From positions 321,776 through 385,775 of the forward strand of contig JAQULM010000002.1 of NCBI GenBank assembly GCA_028718605.1: 64,000 nucleotides of DNA, written 5' to 3'. Both the position numbers and the translations under genes were made by a program. The notes beneath the pieces are model-generated. The model was given only the letters and a program-made list of their open reading frames with translations. It had not been told where the DNA came from and made no database searches. Every line of letters begins with the position of its first letter. Positions within the stretch are counted from its first letter, which is position 1. Shown here piece after piece: positions 18,935-29,322 of the stretch. The DNA is from Patescibacteria group bacterium. Its GTDB lineage: Bacteria > Patescibacteriota > Patescibacteriia > UBA10025 > JAHIVO01.

Positions 18935-19291
18935 ATGAAAAAAATTACAGTCGGCTTACTCACTGCAGCAGCGGTTTTGCTGCCAGTCGTCGCTTCAGCA
19001 CAGGTGAACATCAACAAGGTAAACGGTTCGACCTTCAACCTTGGCACCGCGGACCTCGAGTCAGCGGTCGTGAACATTGTGCAGTGGGTGTTAGGTTTCT
19101 TGGGATTGGTCGCAGTTATCATGATCCTGATCGGCGGTTTCCAGTGGATGACAGCAGGTGGAAACGAAGAAAAAGTTGCATCAGCAAAGAAAATTATTTC
19201 TGCAGCAGTTATCGGTTTAATCGTTATATTGCTCGCATGGGCAATTGTCATCTTTGTCGTTTCGCAGACACAGGACTGGACTGGCGTCTAG
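18935..19291 (+). CDS. VirB2/TrbC-like pilin, probable major pilin
   Basis: Signal peptide ...VASAQ, ILIGGFQWMTAGGNEEKVASAKKIISAAVIGL, strong SD-like GGGGGGTGA. Confidence 0.88.
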   Translation: MKKITVGLLTAAAVLLPVVASAQVNINKVNGSTFNLGTADLESAVVNIVQWVLGFLGLVAVIMILIGGFQWMTAGGNEEKVASAKKIISAAVIGLIVILLAWAIVIFVVSQTQDWTGV

Positions 19292-19311
19292 TGAATGTTT
19301 GATTCTAACTG

Positions 19312-19350
19312 CCCCCCACACCATTTTTTATGGTGTGGGGGGTTTGTTTT
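19312..19350 (+). terminator. Strong Rho-independent terminator
   Basis: 13-bp stem CCCCCCACACCAT/ATGGTGTGGGGGG followed by TTTGTTTT. Confidence 0.9.
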
Positions 19351-19378
19351 ATCGAGAAACCTACGATACAATACATGC

Positions 19379-21382
19379 ATGGAAATTGCGAAAAAAATCA
19401 CCCTCATGACGCGGCGATACAGCACCCTGCTGCTCTGGATATGTATCGCGATATTCATAAGCGCGCTCTTTATCGTTGTCGCGTGCAAGTACGCTGCGTT
19501 TGGCTACGACGCGATCGATCTCGGGATATACAGCCAGGTTTTTTTCAATTCCAGCCATGGTGCGCTGTTCGAATTCTCAGTACACCCGCATTCCTACCTC
19601 GGTGACCACGTCGAGCTTTTTATTTTATTGCTCCTGCCGTTCTACGCACTCCTCAAATCCCCGCTCACGCTCCTCGCACTGCAGATAATTGCCGTCGCCA
19701 TTGCTGCCGTGCCGCTCTACTCCATAGCCCGCAGGCTGCTCCCCGAGCATTGGTCGCTCGCGATCGTGCTCGCGTACTTATGCAACCCGTTTGTATTGAA
19801 CATGGCGTTTTTTGAATTTCACTTGCTCCCGTTCGCCATCCCCTTGCTCATGGCAGCGTTTTACTTCTACCGCGAGAAGCGGCTGGCATGGTTTCTTGTT
19901 TTTTCAGTCCTCGCGCTCTCGGTACGGGAAGACGTCCCGCTCGTTATCGGCATGTTCGGCGTGCTCGCTGCCATTGACCGCCGGCGACTCCGGTGGATAC
20001 TGCCGCCAATAATTATTAGCGGCGTGTGGTTCATAGCTGCATTTAAGTTAACCGGCTACTTCAGCGGTTATGACACCTATAAATTTCTCGCTTTTTATTC
20101 TTGGCTCGGATCAACCCCAGGGGAAATCGTACACAATGCGCTATTCAAACCATGGCTTGTTCTCCGGCAGATTATGAGCGCGAACAATCTGCTGCTGGTA
20201 ATCGGTTTGCTCCTCCCACTCGGAGCATTGCCGCTGCTGAAAACACGATACCTTATTCCGGCCGCGCTCATCACGGCCCAGCTTTTCCTCGCGACCGTGA
20301 GCAGCACGATTGTACTTCAAACACACTATCCATCGCTCATTATTCCGTTCCTCTTTATCGCGTGTGTCTTTTCGCTCGCAACAGTGCTCTCAGCGACGCC
20401 ACGCGCAACACGCCTCGCGCAGTTTGCGCGCCGCAACCGGCTGATCGTGCTCGCAGTTTTCGGTATGGCGGTCGTGTATAGTTTTCTGACATTTAGCCCT
20501 GCCGTAAGCAGCGCGAAATTCGTAGCAACAGGACAGCACCGCAATGAAAGCACTACCGTGAAGCGAAACGCCATTGCGCCGATTCAGGAGGGTGACGCGG
20601 TGGTCGCGAGCTACGAATTTTTGCCAGCATTAGCCCAAAGAAAACATTTATACCCTCTGCATTATTTATTTCTTGGAGTTCAGCAGTATTCTGATAAGCC
20701 GTATATCGTGACTGAACCGATCGACACGGCCGTGGTCAATTTCCAAGACTTCGTAACGTACTACATCCAAACAGGCAACATTAGCTCATACCGCGACCAC
20801 TACCGGTCCGGCGCGGGAAGAATTCTCTCGCTGATTAACGAAAATCGGCTCGGCCTGGCCTCTCTGACCGATTCAATCGCGCGGTACGACCGAAACGCGC
20901 AGCCAGTCGCCAAACTCGTTGACCTGCCGAATGCAGTCAGCGCAAGTGCGACTGCCGTTGAAACCACGGGCAACCAGCTTCTTCGCATTACCGCATGGGA
21001 TCGAATCGCTGCGCTCCCGGACCATGAAGCCCTTGCGGTCCTTCCCCTTGCGCTGTACTGGGAAAAAAGCGGCAATCTCGCCGAGGACTATGCCATGGAA
21101 GTCGTGTTCCGTACCGCAAACGGTAAAGCAGCCAGCACAGAATACTACCCCATTGGGTACGGCATATTCCCCCCCTCTGTATGGATCGTCGATACTACCG
21201 TCCAAACCAACCACTGGTTCCTCATACCACGGGAGTGCAAAAAAAGCTCGTGCAATGCCGAGCTTACGGTCGTCTCTCTCCGCGGCTATTACGGCCTGGA
21301 TGGAATCCGCTCAACCAAACTCGAAATCACCCAGCGGCAGTCAATCGGGCCTACGGTAACTATTCCCGCACCCGATAGATAG
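19379..21382 (+). CDS. DUF2079-like polytopic membrane protein (GT-C-like)
   Basis: DLGIYSQ, SYLGDHV, FEFH, REDV, HYP. Start at the ATG at 19379, 6 nt after TACAAT. Confidence 0.75.
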   Translation: MEIAKKITLMTRRYSTLLLWICIAIFISALFIVVACKYAAFGYDAIDLGIYSQVFFNSSHGALFEFSVHPHSYLGDHVELFILLLLPFYALLKSPLTLLALQIIAVAIAAVPLYSIARRLLPEHWSLAIVLAYLCNPFVLNMAFFEFHLLPFAIPLLMAAFYFYREKRLAWFLVFSVLALSVREDVPLVIGMFGVLAAIDRRRLRWILPPIIISGVWFIAAFKLTGYFSGYDTYKFLAFYSWLGSTPGEIVHNALFKPWLVLRQIMSANNLLLVIGLLLPLGALPLLKTRYLIPAALITAQLFLATVSSTIVLQTHYPSLIIPFLFIACVFSLATVLSATPRATRLAQFARRNRLIVLAVFGMAVVYSFLTFSPAVSSAKFVATGQHRNESTTVKRNAIAPIQEGDAVVASYEFLPALAQRKHLYPLHYLFLGVQQYSDKPYIVTEPIDTAVVNFQDFVTYYIQTGNISSYRDHYRSGAGRILSLINENRLGLASLTDSIARYDRNAQPVAKLVDLPNAVSASATAVETTGNQLLRITAWDRIAALPDHEALAVLPLALYWEKSGNLAEDYAMEVVFRTANGKAASTEYYPIGYGIFPPSVWIVDTTVQTNHWFLIPRECKKSSCNAELTVVSLRGYYGLDGIRSTKLEITQRQSIGPTVTIPAPDR

Positions 21383-22994
21383 AAACATCCCTATTACGGA
21401 ATATCGCCTCGAGGTACGCTTTCGTGTCCGGATCATATGATCCGGATTCTTTTTCTTTCTGCCCGTAAAAAACGTACGCAATATTCTGCTCATTGAGGAA
21501 TTGTTTCTTGCCAGTGCTATCGGTATCGTCCTGCCAGAACCACTCACTGGCTGTAAATTTTTCCTGCAGATTAATAGTTTGCGGGCCGTGGCCGACCCAG
21601 ACCACCCTGCCGCTGTACGCCGGAATGAAGTTGCCCATGTAGTAGCTCGAAAAAATGACCTCACGTTCACCAACATGGTCACGGAGCCAGTGCATCGCCT
21701 CAACCTCCTGCTCGGTTAAATAGTACGGCAGTGCTTTTTTTGTTTGGTAGAGGTGGATGTCCTGGCCAACAATCTGCGCATTCGTAAGCGGCAGAAAAAC
21801 GAAAAGCACAATCAGTACAATGACCGGCGCCATGCTGTCCGAACCACGCTTCCTGCTGATCACGCTCACAACGCTCGCAACGCCAATAAATGCAAGGATT
21901 GACAGCGGAATATGGAATCCCTCAATCATGCGCCGCTGGAATGCGACGGGAAAATATACAAGCGCCATTGTCGCCGCGATCCAGGACAGAACGAATATAT
22001 GCCGCGATGTGGGTTTGCCCCGCAGTTTCCATGCGCCGACCGCAGCCAACGGCAGCAGGAGACCGAAGCCAATCAGGTACATCCATATGCTCGGCGAGTT
22101 GAGGATGTTTTGGGCAGACCAATTGCGGATTACCCAGTCAGCGCGGCTGATAAGGTAGAGGTAGAGAACTGGTGGAACCGTAAAGAGCGCGAGCACAACC
22201 CCATGCTTCAGGTATTGCCAAAGTACCGTACGGCTCCGGATGCATTGAACACAGATAAAAATGGCCAGCGTCAAGGCAATCGTCGGCGCATTAAACGGGT
22301 GAAACCAGGTCAGAAACAAATTCGCAATACCGGCAGCAACGCTGTATGATACGCGGTTCGTATCAAACGCCAAGAGCATCAGGAGAAAAACAAGCACAAT
22401 GAGTGTCAGGGACGCGATAATATGCGGTGTATGGTAGAGCGTCAGGAACGTGATGCTCTCTGGCACCCAAATATCCGTCGGGTGCTCCTCGATATTATTG
22501 GGGTCAAAAAGGAACGGATTGAAAAACACGCCGAGGCCCGAGGAAAAAACAATCAGGATGAGGACCCACACCCGCCAGCGCTGGTGCCGAATCACGTACG
22601 CGATAAACAAATAGACCACAAAAATAAATACAGCAATGAGTATCGAACGGGCGATATGGAGCGCCAGCAAGTTTGGCATGTCGAATGCTTTCGCAAATAA
22701 CCCAACAGAGAGCCATAAGGGATTAATGAAAATCCGCGATTGCGCTTCACCTGTGTACAAATTGAGAAATACCGCGTGCCCCTGTTTTACCTGCTCAATC
22801 ATGGACAGAAAAACATTCGTGTCCCCCGGCGTCAGGTGATGCAAACCGGTGTATACCATGCCGGTAGGCCTCGTGAAGTAACCATACAGATACGGCGCTG
22901 CAGTTATGACAATGGTTGCGCAGGCAATAACGGCGATGAAAATCCATTCACGCTTTGAAATTGATTGAATTAATTGTTTTAGTCCGTGTCCCAT
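21360..22994 (-). CDS. Polytopic GT-C-like membrane protein with STT3-like C-terminal domain
   Basis: About 12 TM helices, GDTNVF, C-terminal WLRDH....IFSSYYMGNFIPAYSGRVVWVGH. Confidence 0.65.
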   Translation of the reverse strand: MGHGLKQLIQSISKREWIFIAVIACATIVITAAPYLYGYFTRPTGMVYTGLHHLTPGDTNVFLSMIEQVKQGHAVFLNLYTGEAQSRIFINPLWLSVGLFAKAFDMPNLLALHIARSILIAVFIFVVYLFIAYVIRHQRWRVWVLILIVFSSGLGVFFNPFLFDPNNIEEHPTDIWVPESITFLTLYHTPHIIASLTLIVLVFLLMLLAFDTNRVSYSVAAGIANLFLTWFHPFNAPTIALTLAIFICVQCIRSRTVLWQYLKHGVVLALFTVPPVLYLYLISRADWVIRNWSAQNILNSPSIWMYLIGFGLLLPLAAVGAWKLRGKPTSRHIFVLSWIAATMALVYFPVAFQRRMIEGFHIPLSILAFIGVASVVSVISRKRGSDSMAPVIVLIVLFVFLPLTNAQIVGQDIHLYQTKKALPYYLTEQEVEAMHWLRDHVGEREVIFSSYYMGNFIPAYSGRVVWVGHGPQTINLQEKFTASEWFWQDDTDSTGKKQFLNEQNIAYVFYGQKEKESGSYDPDTKAYLEAIFRNRDVSIYRVRE

Positions 22995-23002
22995 ATGCGT
23001 TA

Positions 23003-23986
23003 TTATGGCATGTTCACGGTTTTCTCATGGACCTCTCCGGAATCGGAATCTGGCTCCCGAGAGATCGCCTGCCGCGATAAATAGTAATTAAACACAATGC
23101 CGAGTGCGAAAATCCATATCATTGAAATGCCCCGGTCGAGTACTGCAGCGGTTACGCTGTCAGAGACGTTTACCGCAAACCATGCAGCAAATGCGCCGAC
23201 GAGCGCTTCGCGTATAACAAGCCCGCCAGGGGTTATTGAAGTGAATGTTGCCAGAAGCGTAATAGGCCCCACTAAGATATAGAAAAATATTGAAATATCA
23301 TATCCAAGCGCATTGCTCGCGATAGAAAGCCGAAGCGCCGCGAGAAAGATAATAACAACATTTAAAAACGCTGACTGCCAGATCACGCTTCGGTGCTGCA
23401 TGAGAATACGAACTCCCTGGAAAAAACGCTCTGCGAAACTCCAGCGGATTCCCAGACGGCGTGCGGCCACCAAAGCGGCGAAGACCAAAAATGAGAGGAC
23501 GACAACCCCACCATATATGGCAACGGGGAGCCAAGAAATGGTAAAACCATTCCACAAGGCTGCCACCAGTCCAGCAAGACCGACAATGCCGACCACGAAA
23601 AAAGTAATGAGGTAACTTGCGGTCAACATTGAAAGATACTCTGTATATGAAAATTGATATCGGCGTTTAAGGTAGAGCCCTTTTGCAACCAGGCCTCCCT
23701 GAAAAGGTAAGTAATTCCAAAACGAATTCACGACGGAAACGCCGAACCATTCGGAGGTTTTCAGGCGAATATTGAACGGTCTCAAGAGAACCGTATTCTG
23801 GATACCATTAGCGAAAAACACCGCTATTGAAATGGCGGACATGGCCGCCGCGTCAAACCATCCAATATTTAAAATGCTCCCAAAGTCAAATTGTTCCCGC
23901 TGGACAAAAAACCATACAAAAATGCAAGAAATGATCAGAATGACATATGAGATCACTTTCTTGTACGAACCCGATGCAACAGCCAT
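23003..23986 (-). CDS. UPF0104 / lysylphosphatidylglycerol synthase TM-domain (flippase-like) protein
   Basis: NYLPFQGG, TPGGLVIRE, LDRGI. Confidence 0.75.
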   Translation of the reverse strand: MAVASGSYKKVISYVILIISCIFVWFFVQREQFDFGSILNIGWFDAAAMSAISIAVFFANGIQNTVLLRPFNIRLKTSEWFGVSVVNSFWNYLPFQGGLVAKGLYLKRRYQFSYTEYLSMLTASYLITFFVVGIVGLAGLVAALWNGFTISWLPVAIYGGVVVLSFLVFAALVAARRLGIRWSFAERFFQGVRILMQHRSVIWQSAFLNVVIIFLAALRLSIASNALGYDISIFFYILVGPITLLATFTSITPGGLVIREALVGAFAAWFAVNVSDSVTAAVLDRGISMIWIFALGIVFNYYLSRQAISREPDSDSGEVHEKTVNMP

Positions 23987-24021
23987 ATTCCTTGAAACAT
24001 TACCCCTCTCGCAAATTAGAA

Positions 24022-24741
24022 TTATTTCTGCTTATGAACTCTGCAAACGAGCACAAGGAAACTCGCAAAGTACACCAGAGGGGTCCTCGCGAGAAAGCGC
24101 TCAAGCCAGCAGAGCACAGAGCGAAGAATGGGTATGCGGTAGAGATGCCCCGTCGGCGAGATTATCCTGATGCCAGTGACTTTCTCGACAGTACACATGG
24201 GCGGTAAGTACTTCTTCGCCCCCCAATAGCTGTCAAAACGCGTATATACATCTTCCGCGCTTAAAAAACTAATGAGCCGCCGGATACTCCATGCATTATA
24301 AAACTCCAGGATCAAATGCCCGCCATTCTGAGTAATGCGGGTTGCTTCCTGGATGAGCGGACCGATGCGTTCAACGTGGCCGAGGACCTTGAATGAATAC
24401 ACAACATCAAATGCGTTATCGGAGAATGGCAACAGTTGATTCGCATCCGCCTCCCGTACGTCCAATCCTTTCCGTCGAGCTTCGTTGAGCATGGTGCGCG
24501 AATTATCAATGCCAATGAGCGATTGTGTGGAGTCGCGAAGGCGTTCCATAACCATCCCCGTGCCACATCCCACTTCAAGGGCCTTCTTCCCGTGTATATA
24601 TGGCTCAACGATGCTGACCGCCGAATCATACAATAGCTTATAGTAATGCGGATACTTTATTATTCGATCCGTATCGTAACTGCCCCCTGTTGTATTGTAA
24701 TATCCTTGTGTATTTGACATATGCTTATCATCACTATACAC
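24022..24741 (-). CDS. Class I SAM-dependent methyltransferase
   Basis: LEVGCGTG, LPFSDNAFDVV, GGHLILE. Confidence 0.85.
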   Translation of the reverse strand: MYSDDKHMSNTQGYYNTTGGSYDTDRIIKYPHYYKLLYDSAVSIVEPYIHGKKALEVGCGTGMVMERLRDSTQSLIGIDNSRTMLNEARRKGLDVREADANQLLPFSDNAFDVVYSFKVLGHVERIGPLIQEATRITQNGGHLILEFYNAWSIRRLISFLSAEDVYTRFDSYWGAKKYLPPMCTVEKVTGIRIISPTGHLYRIPILRSVLCWLERFLARTPLVYFASFLVLVCRVHKQK

Positions 24742-26923
24742 GTACCTGCTCCTTCAGTACACGGGTACTGCCCCGAAGCGTTCGGGGATTGATGACTATG
24801 CCACCGAATGAAGAGAGCAACTGTCGGACAAGTTGTTCCTGGCGCTGTTTTAATAAAGGGATTGCCCGGTTATCGACGTACGGTAATAGAGTTGAGCATA
24901 AAATATCATGGTACTCAATTGTTCGACATACGAGAGCAACGCATTGGCCAAGTGTACGTGTATCTATCTTTATAAAATCCGCGCCGATTTCCGATGATAA
25001 AACCACGATGTTGTTAACGTTCCCGGTAGGGATTCGTTGGGCTGCCGGCATGAGCCGGTCAATGGGAATGCGCGTACTGAGATACAGGCGCTGGCGCATG
25101 ACCGCCCCTGCAAACCAGCGTATAAAACTTTTGCATATGAGCACCATTCGAATCCCGGCGGAAAGCGAAAGTGAAGGCACGGCACGTGTTGTACCGCTGA
25201 AAATATGCACAAATCGCGGGGATAAAGACAACACAGCGCCTGCCGGCTCGACCAAAAGAGCATCGTCCGCTACGAACTGCCAGCCGTGCGCAACCAGATT
25301 GAGTGCGGTGCTCGTCTTGCCGCCCCGTGAGCTGGCAATAAAAACGGATACTTTTCTATCGTGGGCTACTGCTGCTGCATGGAGCAGCAGCGAACCTCGC
25401 TGAAGGGCAGTATAATAGATAAATGGCATGAGCACCATTGAATAAGCCCCAAGAGCTACGATATGGCGTACAAGCCGATATGCGGGGTGCACCGAACATC
25501 GAATCTCAAAACAGTTCTCTCGGGTCGAGCGTACCGCAATCGTTGCGCGGAACGCTTTACTTTTAACTTGAAATGTCTTGCCGACAAGAGGCAGTGAATA
25601 ACCTATATGAAAATCAATGTCAGGTATCGTGGGCGAATCAGCACATTCAAGATTTGAAAACTCTTTGCGAAAAAAATCAAGAATGAAAGTATTTTGAGCG
25701 GTTACCGCAACGATTCCTGCGCTTTTCAAATCGAAGCGGGTGGTTTTCGTTATCGCCAGGGAAGGCTCCCGATATACGCTATATGTTCGTTGTGCAATAT
25801 TCTGCCACATGCATTCCTGCTGAACCACGGACCGTCCGTGCCGGCCAAACTGCCCGCGGAGCGAGGGATCAGCGATCAGCTTTACAATGGAATCAGCAAT
25901 CGCTTCCGGCGTGCCAGGAGGCACGACAAAGCCCGCCGTACCGTCCTGAATAATGTCCGAAACGCCCCCAACATTCGTCGCAACGACCGGCCTGCCAGCA
26001 GCAAGCGCTTCAATGATAACCAATGGAAAACCTTCTCGATTTGATGTCAGCATCAAGAGTGCATGGCGGGCAAACTGCCGAGGAACATCCCGCTTGTCAA
26101 CCGCACCAGTAAACGCCACTGATTTTTGTATTCCGAGTTTCCGGCATAGCGCCTCGCATGGGGCGCGTTCCGGGCCGTCACCGATCATGGTCAGCCGGGC
26201 ATCCGGGGCGTGAATAAGCACCGCCTGGAATGCTTGAATTGCCAAGCGTGGATTTTTTTCCTCGGTAAAGCGGCCAATCCATACTACGCTATGATTGGCT
26301 GCATCCGCAAAGGGTATGCGAAGTAGCTCCTCAGCATTTGAAACGCCATTCGGGATTACGGCAACCCGCCGCGGGTTAACGCCAAGGCCGAGAATTATAT
26401 CACGCTGTTGTTTCGCCACCGTGATAACACCGTCAGCCCTCCGGAGTACGTAGCGGGAAATGCTCCGAAATAAACGGTTACGCGTGCTCAAATACGCATC
26501 CGAGCCGTGTACCGTTACGACGAGCCGCGCACGGGTGAACCGCCGAACTACTACGCCAATAATGCCCGCGCCAACCCAGTGCGCGTGGATAATATCAGCC
26601 CCCCGGGACGCCCGGACGCTGTTTACCAAAAAACTGACAAGAAAAAATGGCAGGCCAAGCAATGAAATAACGTTATGGCGTATATTGCTGACAACGCCAC
26701 CCCCATACCCCACGCGCTCATATGAAGAGGGCCACATATACCGAAAACGGCGAATGGCAATCCGCTCGCGAGCCTCCCGTTTTTTTAATCCCTGCCCATG
26801 GGGCGCAACGACTACTACCTCAACGCCACGCTGTGCTAATGAACGGGCAAGCTCAAAAACAAAAATACCCGCATAGTCACCTCGATGACGGGGAAACGAC
26901 GTTGTGAGCATGCATACCCGCAT
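24734..26923 (-). CDS. GT4 glycosyltransferase fused to a C-terminal HPr-kinase-like P-loop domain
   Basis: GT4 part: HAHW, TVHGSD, GRFTEEK, EGFPLVIIEALAAG. C-terminal part: LHAAAV, ASSRGGKTST, VADD. Confidence 0.8.
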   Translation of the reverse strand: MRVCMLTTSFPRHRGDYAGIFVFELARSLAQRGVEVVVVAPHGQGLKKREARERIAIRRFRYMWPSSYERVGYGGGVVSNIRHNVISLLGLPFFLVSFLVNSVRASRGADIIHAHWVGAGIIGVVVRRFTRARLVVTVHGSDAYLSTRNRLFRSISRYVLRRADGVITVAKQQRDIILGLGVNPRRVAVIPNGVSNAEELLRIPFADAANHSVVWIGRFTEEKNPRLAIQAFQAVLIHAPDARLTMIGDGPERAPCEALCRKLGIQKSVAFTGAVDKRDVPRQFARHALLMLTSNREGFPLVIIEALAAGRPVVATNVGGVSDIIQDGTAGFVVPPGTPEAIADSIVKLIADPSLRGQFGRHGRSVVQQECMWQNIAQRTYSVYREPSLAITKTTRFDLKSAGIVAVTAQNTFILDFFRKEFSNLECADSPTIPDIDFHIGYSLPLVGKTFQVKSKAFRATIAVRSTRENCFEIRCSVHPAYRLVRHIVALGAYSMVLMPFIYYTALQRGSLLLHAAAVAHDRKVSVFIASSRGGKTSTALNLVAHGWQFVADDALLVEPAGAVLSLSPRFVHIFSGTTRAVPSLSLSAGIRMVLICKSFIRWFAGAVMRQRLYLSTRIPIDRLMPAAQRIPTGNVNNIVVLSSEIGADFIKIDTRTLGQCVALVCRTIEYHDILCSTLLPYVDNRAIPLLKQRQEQLVRQLLSSFGGIVINPRTLRGSTRVLKEQVRV

Positions 26924-26925
26924 GG

Positions 26926-27876
26926 TTACTGCTGTAAATCTTTATTCGTATCCATGTCAAACCACATCGCAAAAAACAGCGATTGCGTGCCAAAGAGAAA
27001 GAATATTGCTGCGAATAACGCGCTTGTGCCGGATACCGGCCCGCTGAAAATCCGGTACCCCAGCAGGTACAGGCCAAAAGTTAAACCAATGAGAAGCGAT
27101 GCGCCCCCAAAAAAATAGAAAAACACGAGTGGATGGAAATCGCGAATGATATATTTTTCTTTCAGGCGCCAGAAAAAATTCTTCATAAGGAGCCACGAAA
27201 TCTTCGGAATGACCGATCCAAGCCGGATCCCGGACCGCTCCCCCGCATAGATTGGGCGTATCGGCACTTCGCATACGCGCGCCCGTACGACATTGAGCTT
27301 AACAAGGATGTCATTAGGAAATCCGTACCGCGGATAGAGCCCGTCGAGGGGAAGCCGCTGAAGCATTGCCAGTGAAATCGCAGTATACCCAGTCTGGAAA
27401 TCAGAAAGTTTCCAATATCCCGAGGCGATTTTGGTTAGCAATGACAATATTGCGTTCCCGATAAAACGGTATTTCGGCATAACTTGCCACGAATTCCCAT
27501 ACGCAAACCTGTTCCCTTTCACATAATCCGCCGTTCCCCGCACGACAGGTAAAACAATCTGTTCAAGCTCTCCCGGATCCATCTGCCCGTCGCCCGCCAT
27601 CACCGCACAAACATCAATCTTGTCCTTACAAGCCCGCCGGTAACCGCTGGTGATCGCCGCTCCCACTCCCCGATTCCGGTCATGCTGTATGAGCGCGACG
27701 GTCGTCGACGGTGTGCCACGAAATGTCCGGACGATTGTGCACGTCGAATCCGTGCTCGCATCATCAATAACGTACACTGCGTCAACAAATGCCGGCATCG
27801 TTTCCAGGACGCGGCGAATGCGCTCCGCTTCATTGCGGGCAGGAACAACAACACAAATTTTCTTTCCGGACAGCAT
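26926..27876 (-). CDS. GT2 glycosyltransferase (polyprenyl-phosphate glycosyltransferase-like) with 2 C-terminal TM helices
   Basis: VPARNE, IDDASTD, NRGVG, MAGDGQMDP, SDFQTGY. Confidence 0.88.
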   Translation of the reverse strand: MLSGKKICVVVPARNEAERIRRVLETMPAFVDAVYVIDDASTDSTCTIVRTFRGTPSTTVALIQHDRNRGVGAAITSGYRRACKDKIDVCAVMAGDGQMDPGELEQIVLPVVRGTADYVKGNRFAYGNSWQVMPKYRFIGNAILSLLTKIASGYWKLSDFQTGYTAISLAMLQRLPLDGLYPRYGFPNDILVKLNVVRARVCEVPIRPIYAGERSGIRLGSVIPKISWLLMKNFFWRLKEKYIIRDFHPLVFFYFFGGASLLIGLTFGLYLLGYRIFSGPVSGTSALFAAIFFLFGTQSLFFAMWFDMDTNKDLQQ

Positions 27877-27879
27877 AGA

Positions 27880-29322
27880 TTATTTCTGAAGATTGAACCG
27901 TCGTAAAACAATGCGGCTTACAGTTTCCCATTGTACCATAAGGGCGAATATAACTAAAGAAAGGCAAAACAGCACACTCGGCAAAAACACCTGGAGCATG
28001 CCGTAGTACAGAAAGCCATACACCGTAATAATCAGGATGATACCGTGGTACCATCGGTCACGGGTAATGAGTACAAGCGGCGCGCACCAGAGGATATACC
28101 AAATATTAAATTTTCCGCCAAGCAGAAGAACCAATAAAAGCAACATCCAGAAATACCGCTTAATATCAGACGAGCCATCTCCCCGCTTCCCCATGAAAAG
28201 CAATAAAGAATATGGGACTAGAAAAGCAACAATGTAACCCGCCCGGACTGCGGTCAAATTGTAGGGAATCAATGGAATAAGTTTATGAAAGCCCTCAAGG
28301 GCGACCTGGATGAACGCTTGGGGTAACGTGAGATAATTATCCTTTACAAACGCACGGCCAAGATTTCCGATGCTCGAAGAAAAGCTTCCATAGGGGAGAT
28401 ATGCAATCGCGATGAGGGCCGCCCCGACGAGAGCGCCTATCGCACAATCACGCCATGCCTTTTTTCGATCCTGGGTGAATATCAATAAAACAACAACAGG
28501 CAAGAGTACGATCGCGCTGTATTTTATCAGGAAGGCACACGTGAGCGCCACGATAGACCAACGATATTTTTTAGTCACGATGAAATACACGGATGCCAAA
28601 ATAAACAGCACCATATACATATCATTATGTGCAGAATGAACCGCTTCAATAAGGATATACGGATTCCAGAGGAAGAGCGCAGTGCCTATAAAGCGGAACT
28701 TCGGGGCACTCTGTTGCAAAATTTTATACATCAGGTAACCGCACGCGGCGAAAACAGCCGCTGCAGCAAGCCGAAAAACCACCAAGTTCGCCACAATATC
28801 AGAACCGGCAATTTTATTGAAAAGCAGCCCAATGGAAATAAACAGCGGCCCGTAAACGGACTCCTTGTCCGGCCATGCCACAAAATCGCTGTATCCGAGC
28901 GACGCGGGCGTTATGGTATACGGATTGGCATGGTGGATGTTTGCTATTGCAGACCGGGTAATGTAACCGAATAAATCGGAGGAAAAAAACGGCGGGCTTA
29001 AAAAAAGTATCACCACAAACACAACAGGAAAAAGTATGAGGATCCGCTGGTAGCGGGCACTTGCCTCGTGCTGCTTCCGCACCGTGAAAAAAAATACCCC
29101 GTACAGAATGCAGAACGCGAGGAAAAATAAACTGAACACAACCCTGTTCGCGAAAAAAATTCCTGCATGCCGCATAAACGTACCGATGTGCGGAGGCATG
29201 TAGAAAAAGGTAAGGAGGGTGTACGCGAAAAACATAAAGCTAAAAACAACCCCCAGAAGTACGAGCCGGCGCGTTGCAGTGCCCGCCGCGGCGTGTGTCA
29301 ACATGACGCTTTGTTCTTTCAT
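27880..29322 (-). CDS. GT-C glycosyltransferase, MptA/MptB-like
   Basis: SSDLFGY, NPY, YGPLF, WNP, HND, IKY, WY. Confidence 0.75.
   Translation of the reverse strand: MKEQSVMLTHAAAGTATRRLVLLGVVFSFMFFAYTLLTFFYMPPHIGTFMRHAGIFFANRVVFSLFFLAFCILYGVFFFTVRKQHEASARYQRILILFPVVFVVILFLSPPFFSSDLFGYITRSAIANIHHANPYTITPASLGYSDFVAWPDKESVYGPLFISIGLLFNKIAGSDIVANLVVFRLAAAAVFAACGYLMYKILQQSAPKFRFIGTALFLWNPYILIEAVHSAHNDMYMVLFILASVYFIVTKKYRWSIVALTCAFLIKYSAIVLLPVVVLLIFTQDRKKAWRDCAIGALVGAALIAIAYLPYGSFSSSIGNLGRAFVKDNYLTLPQAFIQVALEGFHKLIPLIPYNLTAVRAGYIVAFLVPYSLLLFMGKRGDGSSDIKRYFWMLLLLVLLLGGKFNIWYILWCAPLVLITRDRWYHGIILIITVYGFLYYGMLQVFLPSVLFCLSLVIFALMVQWETVSRIVLRRFNLQK

Noticed and set aside
16632-19291. Pilins as evidence of a conjugative element
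   Set aside because: No VirB4, relaxase, coupling protein, integrase or att sites nearby. The context is chromosomal.
19295-19378. ORF-track N-terminal extension of the DUF2079 gene (similar extensions at 32080-32388, 33659-33796, 37761-37901 and 57341-57397)
   Set aside because: The extensions run through terminators, promoters or neighbouring genes. Downstream ATGs fit better.
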